Origin: Candidatus Nomurabacteria bacterium
GTDB taxonomy: Bacteria; Patescibacteriota; Minisyncoccia; Phycocordibacterales; UBA9973
Length of the DNA stretch: 64,000 nucleotides
Assembly: GCA_026396015.1 (NCBI GenBank)
Contig: JAPLXP010000003.1
Location: 105,810-169,809, forward strand
Reading direction: 5' to 3'
The position numbers and the translations under genes are program-made. The notes beneath the pieces are model-generated. The model saw only the letters and a list, made by a program, of their open reading frames with translations. It had not been told where the DNA came from and made no database searches. Shown piece after piece: positions 56,624 through 64,000 of the stretch (its first letter is position 1; each line of letters begins with the position of its first letter).

Positions 56624-58267
56624 TTATTCTGTACATGCACCGTTTGAGTTTACATTTACAAGATTGAACATTTGGATACACAAGTCATCGATATTCTTTT
56701 TATATTTGAATACATGATCTTCACCTGCGTAGGGGATGAAAGTAACATTCTTGCCTGCATCTTTTAATTTTCCATATAGTAGATCAGCTTGCCATGGTGG
56801 TATAGTGCGATCACTCTGTCCTTGAACTAGAAATATTTTTTGATTACCAATATTTCGAATTTTATTTATGATTGAGGCTTGATCGTATTGAGATCTATTG
56901 TTTGTATCTGGTAATCCCCCGAACTGCACATTGAATATAGAAGTCTTCATTTTGATTAGCAAACTTTCCCAATCTGTCACGCCATTGATAGACATGATAC
57001 TACGGAATTTTTCTGGATGCTCAGCTAGAGTTTTTAGTGATAGGTATCCACCATAGCTATTTCCAGCCATATACACATCATTCACATTGTATCTAGATTT
57101 GATATTGTCTATTGAATTTATTACATCATTCACATCACCACGTCCGACCTCACCTTTTAATCTCTCTGAATATTCTGTGCCGAATCCTAGACTACCTCTA
57201 TAATCTAGCTTTAAAACTATCACACCACTCCCCGATAGCTTTTGTAAAATCTCATCGTATATACCATAGCTGTGGAATGAGTGGTATCCGAGCCCAGCTT
57301 GCCTGTATGGGCCTCCGTGGAGCCATACGAGCAGAGGGTGGGGCACAGACATGTCCGATGGAGTCATAATTATTCCGTTTAAATCTCCAATTTTTATTTC
57401 ATGCTCATTATCTAGATTTGCTGTTTTTTGTATTCCTGGAATATTGAATTTTTTTACTATGCCACTCTTTGTGTCATACATAGCTGGGCCATAACCTTTT
57501 TGTTCTAGGTTGTAGAATGCTATGTATTTACCAATTTTATATAGTGGTCCAGTATGTGCTGCTATACCACTATCTATTTTTATCTCTGCCTGTTTTGATA
57601 TGTTGTATTTATATAATGACCATTTGTATGGATCTGCTTTTGTATTTGCTATGTAATAGATTGTATTTGAATCTGTAACAATAAAATTATTTATATTGAG
57701 TGTGTTACTCTTCAATTCTTTGATTCTTGGATTGTTTGTTTGATTACCAGATGCTTCTACTATATATAGCTGCATGGATCCAGATTTATCATCTACATAT
57801 ACGACTTGATTTGAATTTGGAATAAAATCAAATAATTTTCTCGCATCAGTGATACTGTCCCAGTACGATAATTGCTTGCTGATTGTGTATGTTTTTTTAT
57901 TTTTGATATTTTCAAATACAAAAGTCCTAGTCCCATTTGTTTTATTAAGAGTACCAAGGTAATAGGCAAGGATATTTTTTGAAGGGGATAGTGTTATATA
58001 ATCTGCTTTAATCTTTGATAGTATTTTTGTTGTCTTGCTTGGTATAGCTATACTCCCTGGTTTTCCTAGGGAGATATTATTTTTTTGGTCACATGAAAAG
58101 TCTGCGAGTGAACATAGATAATTTGTCTTTGTATTTACTCCATAATATTGAATAAAAATATCTTTAGAATTCCATCCATTTATATTCCCATAATTGATTG
58201 ATATCGCATATGTAGTATGTGTTGAAAATAATATTAATATTATTATTAAATATTTGAAGTATCTCAT
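56624..58267 (-). CDS. Secreted S9 prolyl oligopeptidase family peptidase
   Basis: Signal peptide, propeller, HGGP, DYRGS.GFG, GNSYGG, D, GEDH. Confidence 0.9.
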   Translation of the reverse strand: MRYFKYLIIILILFSTHTTYAISINYGNINGWNSKDIFIQYYGVNTKTNYLCSLADFSCDQKNNISLGKPGSIAIPSKTTKILSKIKADYITLSPSKNILAYYLGTLNKTNGTRTFVFENIKNKKTYTISKQLSYWDSITDARKLFDFIPNSNQVVYVDDKSGSMQLYIVEASGNQTNNPRIKELKSNTLNINNFIVTDSNTIYYIANTKADPYKWSLYKYNISKQAEIKIDSGIAAHTGPLYKIGKYIAFYNLEQKGYGPAMYDTKSGIVKKFNIPGIQKTANLDNEHEIKIGDLNGIIMTPSDMSVPHPLLVWLHGGPYRQAGLGYHSFHSYGIYDEILQKLSGSGVIVLKLDYRGSLGFGTEYSERLKGEVGRGDVNDVINSIDNIKSRYNVNDVYMAGNSYGGYLSLKTLAEHPEKFRSIMSINGVTDWESLLIKMKTSIFNVQFGGLPDTNNRSQYDQASIINKIRNIGNQKIFLVQGQSDRTIPPWQADLLYGKLKDAGKNVTFIPYAGEDHVFKYKKNIDDLCIQMFNLVNVNSNGACTE

Positions 58268-58283
58268 ACATATATAGTATAGT

Positions 58284-58901
58284 ATGTGTATGGATACGAC
58301 AAGAGAAAAGGAAATAGTACTCGTTCAAATATTTTATTTGTTTCTTTTACCTATATTTTTATTATATTTTCATATAATACCTGGATCTTATAGGTTTATA
58401 ATATTGGCATCTGTGGCCCTCATGTTGATGGGAATTATTCACAAATCACAGTGGACACTATCTGATATTGGTTTCAAGAAAGATTGGAAATCTGATTTGA
58501 AGGTTTACTTTCTTTTTACCGTCGGAGGTTTGTTTTTCTTGTATTGGCTAGCTAGTATTGTTCCACATAGCCCATTTCTCGATTGGGATGATAATAAAAA
58601 ATTCCTAATACTATTTGCTCCTATCAGTATTCTTCAAGAAGTTATTTTTCGAGGAATACTGATTAAGATGCTCTTGAAAGCTTTCAATCGAATTGAGATC
58701 GTTATTCTAATCAATGCTGTAGTGTTTACTCTGATGCATGTCATTTATCTTAATGCCATCTTTGTCCTGCCACTTACATTTATCGCAGGCGTGGCGTTTG
58801 CTTGGATGTATATTTATAAGCCCAATATTGTTCTGATTTCTATTAGTCATACTATCTTGAATTTTGTAGCTATGATATTGGGATTTTTTATTATTAGGTA
58901 G
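58284..58901 (+). CDS. CPBP (CAAX/Abi) intramembrane protease family
   Basis: QEVIFRG, FTLMH, SHTILN. Confidence 0.85.
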   Translation: MCMDTTREKEIVLVQIFYLFLLPIFLLYFHIIPGSYRFIILASVALMLMGIIHKSQWTLSDIGFKKDWKSDLKVYFLFTVGGLFFLYWLASIVPHSPFLDWDDNKKFLILFAPISILQEVIFRGILIKMLLKAFNRIEIVILINAVVFTLMHVIYLNAIFVLPLTFIAGVAFAWMYIYKPNIVLISISHTILNFVAMILGFFIIR

Positions 58902-58933
58902 CTTTTTAGAATAAAAGGGCATATACTAATTTT

Positions 58934-59434
58934 ATGAATGCAGATGAACATCGGTCAGAAAATACTAGACCTTCCTGGGATGAATATTTTATAAAACTTA
59001 CCGAGATTGTGGGTACTCGTGGTACTTGTGATCGTGGGTATGCTGGATGCGTCATCGTAAAAGACAAGAGAATATTGTCTACTGGATATGTAGGCGCACC
59101 TATGGGTCTACCGCATTGTAATGAAGTAGGACACGAGATGCATACAGTCAGACAGGAAGATGGCACTGAATCTCGTCATTGTATACGTACTGCACATGCC
59201 GAGCAGAATGCTATAAATAATGCTGCACGAGTAGGGGTAGCTATCGATGGTGCGACTGTATACTGCAAGATGATACCATGCTACAAATGTGCACAGAGTA
59301 TTATCAACTCTGGTATCGTGCGAGTCGTAGCTATGAAGGATTACCACGGTGCGACTAGGACAAAAGAAATATTTGCCCAATGTGGAATGCAATACGAAAT
59401 CCTAGGGGAAATGGAGGTTTATAAAGATATGTAA
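58934..59434 (+). CDS. dCMP deaminase (ComEB family)
   Basis: RPSWDEYF, HAEQNA, PCYKC. Confidence 0.92.
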   Translation: MNADEHRSENTRPSWDEYFIKLTEIVGTRGTCDRGYAGCVIVKDKRILSTGYVGAPMGLPHCNEVGHEMHTVRQEDGTESRHCIRTAHAEQNAINNAARVGVAIDGATVYCKMIPCYKCAQSIINSGIVRVVAMKDYHGATRTKEIFAQCGMQYEILGEMEVYKDM

Positions 59435-59446
59435 TATAATCACTAT

Positions 59447-59776
59447 ATGGTAGAACTCAAAGATTTACAAAAGGAGGTAATGCGAAATAAGGTAGAAAAA
59501 GGTTTTAATACCACAGATATGGCTCTGGACTTTTGTCGAGCGCACGAGGAACTTTCAGAGGCATTTTCTAAATTTAATAAAAATCAAGAAGGTGTCGCCG
59601 AAGAACTAGCAGACGTAATGATTTTTATTCTGGGTATGTGCGAAAATCTTGGATATGACCTAGAGGCAGAACTAGTGAGAAAAATTGAAATAAACAAAAA
59701 TAGAAAATACATAAAAACTAAATCACCAGACGGTAAGGATATATTTATCAGAGAAAAGACAGATATCGATCCATAA
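59447..59776 (+). CDS. MazG-like nucleotide pyrophosphohydrolase
   Basis: EELSE…EELADV…KIEINKNR. Confidence 0.85.
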   Translation: MVELKDLQKEVMRNKVEKGFNTTDMALDFCRAHEELSEAFSKFNKNQEGVAEELADVMIFILGMCENLGYDLEAELVRKIEINKNRKYIKTKSPDGKDIFIREKTDIDP

Positions 59777-59778
59777 GA

Positions 59779-59816
59779 AATAAAAACACCCCGACAATTG
59801 TCGGGGTGTTTTTATT
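59779..59816. terminator. Bidirectional terminator
   Basis: AATAAAAACACCCCGACA-at-TGTCGGGGTGTTTTTATT. Confidence 0.8.
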
Positions 59817-60288
59817 TCTTTTTGTAAACGGAAAATCTGTATGGTGGGTCATTTTCAAAATGTTCTTCACTTGATATCCCCCCCCATTCAGTACTCTTTA
59901 TTTCAGGAAAAAAAGTATCAGCATCAAATTCTTTTTCAACATGAGTCACATACAATTTATCTGCAAAGGGTAGAGTTTGTTTGTATACCTCACCTCCACC
60001 GATTATGAATACTTCATCTTCATACTTACATGCATCCAATGCTTTGATTAATGAATTCACGACTTCAGTACCTTCGTGTGTATATGATGCATCACGAGTG
60101 ATTATTATGTTGCGGCGATTAGGAAGTGGACGACCTATCGATTCAAAAGTCTTGCGACCCATGATTATAGTATGACCAGAAGTTATTTCTTTAAAATGCT
60201 TAAGGTCATCTGGTATATTCCATAGTAAGGTATTGTCTTTTCCTATAGCATTATTTTTTGATATGGCTACGATTATTGATGTGATCAT
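59812..60288 (-). CDS. folA: Dihydrofolate reductase
   Basis: IGKDNTLLW.IPDDLKHF, IMGRKTFESI.RPLPNR, IIGGG, DTFFP. Confidence 0.96.
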   Translation of the reverse strand: MITSIIVAISKNNAIGKDNTLLWNIPDDLKHFKEITSGHTIIMGRKTFESIGRPLPNRRNIIITRDASYTHEGTEVVNSLIKALDACKYEDEVFIIGGGEVYKQTLPFADKLYVTHVEKEFDADTFFPEIKSTEWGGISSEEHFENDPPYRFSVYKKK

Positions 60289-60290
60289 AA

Positions 60291-61232
60291 TTATACTGCG
60301 ATTGGTGCACGTATCGCTTCATGTGGATTGTATTCGACCAATTCAAAATCATTAATAGTAAAATCTTCAATATTTTTAATCTCTTTATTCAGGATCATTT
60401 TTGGCATTGGACGTAGGTCATTTTTTCTAGATAATTGTATGTCTACTTGATCCATGTGATTGTTGTATAGATGTACATCTCCTCCAGTCCATACGAATTC
60501 TCCAGGTTCTAGTCCTGTGACTTGAGCTATCATCATGATCAATATTGAATAAGATGCGATATTGAATGGCACACCTAGGAATGTATCACAACTTCTCTGG
60601 TACAGCTGGCAAGAAAGTTTTCCGTTGGATACATAGAATTGAAATAGACAGTGGCAAGGTGGGAGCCCGGCTTTTGCCATCTCGTCGATATCAGCTACAT
60701 TCCATGCAGATACTATCATTCTCCTGTCGTTTGGATTTTTCTTTAGCTGCTCGATTACGTTTTTTAATTGATCTATATGTCCACCACCAGGTGTGGGCCA
60801 GTTGCGCCATTGATATCCATATATCGGTCCGAGGTTTCCGTAATCTTTTGCAAAATTTTCATCATTTTTTATTTTTTCAATGAATTCTTTTATTCCGGTA
60901 TTCCACTCATCACTACATGTAGGGGGGACTTGGATATTGTTTCGGATTAAGTATGCCTTGTATGGCCACTCATCCCAAATGTGAACATTGTTTTCTGCGA
61001 GGTATTTTAGATTGCTATCTCCTCGTACAAACCATATCAATTCGTGGATTATTGCTTTGATAGGAACTTTTTTTGTTGTGAGTAATGGGAATCCTTTTGA
61101 TAAATCAAAGCGCATTTGATGACCAAAGATAGATAGTGTACCAGTACCTGTACGGTCACCCTTTTGGGATCCCTCATTTTTAATTCTTTCTATTAGATCT
61201 AGATATATATTATCTACATGATATTTGTCCAT
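60291..61232 (-). CDS. thyA: Thymidylate synthase
   Basis: DRTGTGT, FPLLTTK, YGYQWR, LPPCH, YQRSCD.FLGVPFN. Confidence 0.97.
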   Translation of the reverse strand: MDKYHVDNIYLDLIERIKNEGSQKGDRTGTGTLSIFGHQMRFDLSKGFPLLTTKKVPIKAIIHELIWFVRGDSNLKYLAENNVHIWDEWPYKAYLIRNNIQVPPTCSDEWNTGIKEFIEKIKNDENFAKDYGNLGPIYGYQWRNWPTPGGGHIDQLKNVIEQLKKNPNDRRMIVSAWNVADIDEMAKAGLPPCHCLFQFYVSNGKLSCQLYQRSCDTFLGVPFNIASYSILIMMIAQVTGLEPGEFVWTGGDVHLYNNHMDQVDIQLSRKNDLRPMPKMILNKEIKNIEDFTINDFELVEYNPHEAIRAPIAV

Positions 61233-61319
61233 GGATATATTGTACGTTTTTTATGTATGTAGCACCACTCTTGACGATTTCTTATTTTAGGCGTACATTC
61301 AATGTAAATAATACCTACT

Positions 61320-61775
61320 ATGAAAAATAAAATAATTTTTGCCAGTAACTTTTTGATGCAAATATGCTGGATGATACCACTATTCATAGTGCTATCATAT
61401 ACAAAGAATCAGAATACTTTGCACTCTAAATCAAATGGAGAGTACCGTACCGATAGTCTGTATGTGCCACCTTGCGAGCATCCTGCCTATATGGGTGGAT
61501 GCGAAAATGACACACTACATATTGTATTTTTTAAATCAATGGGTAGAAAAATTTGCATATCTGTTTTTATTAAAAATGTACAGACAAATTTTCAGCGATT
61601 TGTTAAAGATACTTGTTGCCGAGATTCTTTGTTTTATACATTTTTAAATAAAGGAATAACAAAATACGAATGTGTAAGGCTAGTTCATTCTTTGTATGAT
61701 TGTAAAGATAGCTTGCTGTCTAAAAAGGTTGTTATCTTTTACAATAAAGATTTTGTGCAATCGAACTTTTATTAA
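61320..61775 (+). CDS. Hypothetical Cys-containing membrane/secreted protein
   Basis: 151 aa ORF with N-terminal hydrophobic segment, TTGACG-N17-TACATT promoter and downstream hairpin. Confidence 0.5.
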   Translation: MKNKIIFASNFLMQICWMIPLFIVLSYTKNQNTLHSKSNGEYRTDSLYVPPCEHPAYMGGCENDTLHIVFFKSMGRKICISVFIKNVQTNFQRFVKDTCCRDSLFYTFLNKGITKYECVRLVHSLYDCKDSLLSKKVVIFYNKDFVQSNFY

Positions 61776-61864
61776 AGCCAATATTTATATTATAAGTATT
61801 GGCTTTTGCTTGACCTAATTAAATTTAAGTGGTAGATTAAAAGAAAAATTTAATAAATATACAA

Positions 61865-62641
61865 ATGAAGATAGATGAAAAATGCGCACAAACGCTTGTT
61901 GATAATTTTTTTAAGTCTTATTTAAATAGATTAAAAGAAGAAGGATTAATCAATAGATTTGAAATTATTGTTGTAGGTGATACACCAATCATAATAGTGA
62001 CCTGTTATTTTGATTACAAAGAAGATCCTTTTAAAAAAAGAACTCCGCGTAATATCCGAAAAGAGCTTTATGCCAAGGTGATTCTTTCAACACAGAAAAA
62101 TTTTGATTTTGATACTAAATATTCTTTTGTGGAGGATGATCCAGGATTTGACTGGTTTAGATTAAAGGTCATAAAAAAAATTAAGGAAAGGAGCTGCGGA
62201 GAATCTGCAGAAAATAGAGCAATATCTTTGATGCAAGAATTAAAATCTGAGGGTCGCTGTGGAATTGTTCACGTATATAAAAGCGGGGAGTATTCAGATA
62301 ATAATTTAAAATTGGATGTAATTCTTGTAATTGAAAAGAAAATGCCAAAAGTTTTTTTTGATGAGAGAAATGAAAGATTTACAATTGGATTTAATGTCAA
62401 ATCTTCTATAGAAGGCCAGAAAAATCATATTGAAAAAAATAAACATATTCCATCTCTGTGTTTGGATAAAAATCTAAGCGATGAGGAAATTAAAAAAAAT
62501 GCAAAAGAGCTTATTATCCATTCTTTGATTTATCTTCATACTAAATTCACTGGATCTTTATTGGATAAAATGCCTGAGTATAATTTTTCAGATTCATTGA
62601 AATTTATTCTGACAAAGTCCAAACAGAAAATTCATAAATAA
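61865..62641 (+). CDS. Hypothetical protein, possible PD-(D/E)xK-like C-terminal domain
   Basis: GESAENRA…DNNLKLDVIL…IGFNVKSS; own promoter and terminator. Confidence 0.55.
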   Translation: MKIDEKCAQTLVDNFFKSYLNRLKEEGLINRFEIIVVGDTPIIIVTCYFDYKEDPFKKRTPRNIRKELYAKVILSTQKNFDFDTKYSFVEDDPGFDWFRLKVIKKIKERSCGESAENRAISLMQELKSEGRCGIVHVYKSGEYSDNNLKLDVILVIEKKMPKVFFDERNERFTIGFNVKSSIEGQKNHIEKNKHIPSLCLDKNLSDEEIKKNAKELIIHSLIYLHTKFTGSLLDKMPEYNFSDSLKFILTKSKQKIHK

Positions 62642-62738
62642 ATAAAAAGCCTATATTACACCAAGTAATATAGGCTTTTTTCTTTATCTGGATGCTGTGA
62701 TAGAATACCTATATTAATCTCTAATTTTTTTAATCTAT

Positions 62739-63920
62739 ATGGCAATGAAAGACAAACAGGTAGAAAAACTTATTAAGGCAGAGGACAAGCGTCAGAAGAG
62801 TGTTGTTAATTTGATCGCTTCAGAGAACTATGTATCTCGGGATGTCCTCGCAGCATTGGGCTCAACTTTGACTAATAAATACGCCGAGGGGTATCCAGGA
62901 CGCCGATACTATGGTGGTAATGAGATCATAGATAAGGTAGAGCAACTATGTATAGATCGAGCACTCAAACTTTTTAAATTAAAAAATACAGACTGGCATG
63001 TGAATGCACAGCTACTATCTGGATCTCCTGCAAACTTTGCACTTTACTCTGCACTCGTACCACTAGGAGAGAAAATCATGGGTATGAAGCTGACATCTGG
63101 TGGGCACCTCACACATGGGCACCCACTATCTATGACCGGCAAGCTTTGGAAGCCTGTGCAATTCGAACTCGGTGGAGAAAGTGAAGTGATAGATTATGAT
63201 GCATTGATGGAGATAGCAAAGAAAGAAAAGCCGGCGATAATAGTCGCAGGATTCACTGCATACCCACGTACTGTGGACTTCAAAAAATTCCGAGAAATCG
63301 CAGATGCATGCGGAGCGATACTGCACGTAGACATGTCACATTTTGCGGGGCTCGTAGCTGGTGGGGCATACCCATCACCATTCCCACACGCTGACTCTGT
63401 GATGACTACTACTCATAAATCTCTCCGTGGCCCAAGACAAGCACTCCTCTTTGTGAAAAAAGATGAAAGAGGTTTTGACAAGAAACTCGACAAGATGGTC
63501 ATCCCTGGACTCTTTGGTGGTCCGCACGAGAACAATATTGCTGCCGTTGCGATAGCGTTGAACGAGGCCTCAAAACCAGAATTCAAAAAATATGCAAAGC
63601 AAGTAGTAAAGAATGCGCAGACTCTTGCAAAAGAACTCAAAAAACTCGGCTGGCATATCATCTCTGGGGGCACAGATTCACATTTGATATTGATGGATAC
63701 ATGGATGGATGGTGCTGGAGTATCCGGTAGTGATGCGAGCAAGAAACTCGAAAAAGCAGGTATCATCGTGAATATGAATACTATCCCTGGCGACAAGCGC
63801 TCTGTCATGGATCCATCTGGTATCCGCCTCGGTACTTGTGCAGAGACTACTCGTGGAAGAAAGGAGAAGGATATGATCAAGATTGCCCAAAAGATGGATA
63901 AGATTTTAAGAGGAAAATAA
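62739..63920 (+). CDS. glyA: Serine hydroxymethyltransferase
   Basis: LIASEN, NKYAEGYPGRRYYGG, GGHLTHG, TTTHKSLRGPR, SGIRLGT. Confidence 0.97.
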   Translation: MAMKDKQVEKLIKAEDKRQKSVVNLIASENYVSRDVLAALGSTLTNKYAEGYPGRRYYGGNEIIDKVEQLCIDRALKLFKLKNTDWHVNAQLLSGSPANFALYSALVPLGEKIMGMKLTSGGHLTHGHPLSMTGKLWKPVQFELGGESEVIDYDALMEIAKKEKPAIIVAGFTAYPRTVDFKKFREIADACGAILHVDMSHFAGLVAGGAYPSPFPHADSVMTTTHKSLRGPRQALLFVKKDERGFDKKLDKMVIPGLFGGPHENNIAAVAIALNEASKPEFKKYAKQVVKNAQTLAKELKKLGWHIISGGTDSHLILMDTWMDGAGVSGSDASKKLEKAGIIVNMNTIPGDKRSVMDPSGIRLGTCAETTRGRKEKDMIKIAQKMDKILRGK

Positions 63921-63923
63921 TTT

Positions 63924-64000
63924 ATGAAAATATATTTCTCAGGGTCAATACGTGGAGGGAGGGGGCATCAAGCTTGGTATGATTATATTGTAAAACAGAT
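63924..64000 (+). CDS. Nucleoside 2-deoxyribosyltransferase/DNPH1-like protein (5' fragment)
   Basis: MKIYFSGSIRGGR start matches the DNPH1/Rcl family signature; truncated by the window. Confidence 0.7.
   Translation, partial: MKIYFSGSIRGGRGHQAWYDYIVKQ

Noticed and set aside
1-64000. Alternative genetic code (TGA=Gly, code 25)
   Set aside because: Conserved genes are uninterrupted in code 11 and RF2 with SPF and GGQ motifs is present

Overview
AT-rich bacterial chromosome segment read in standard code 11 (RF2 with SPF motif present). Gene content points to a Patescibacteria/CPR (Parcubacteria-like) organism; this is inferred, not proven. It holds recG, a complete type IV pilus/competence locus (comF, pilM/N/O/P-like, pilB, pilT, pilC, pilins, pilD) interrupted by an AT-rich glycosylation cassette, ligA, gatCA, prfB, ftsEX, pyrG, a GH130/PMI/PMM mannoside operon, an ECF sigma-MacAB locus, a thymidylate cluster and eight tRNA genes. 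The most striking signals are non-coding. (1) A family of ~120-170 bp elements sits after tRNA-Asp, tRNA-Gln and tRNA-Ser(ACT); each carries an antisense copy of its own tRNA's 3' end split by a CTRC-loop hairpin, plus a shared GA(C)CTTTTC core, and two end in a sense copy of the tRNA 3' end. (2) A GC-rich element with a constant core but site-specific inverted arms occurs in frame inside ligA and again between the macB genes. (3) There is an intact-looking tRNA-Ser with the rare ACT anticodon. (4) A TGCACC-N16-CGTATA ECF promoter occurs three times around the sigma gene.
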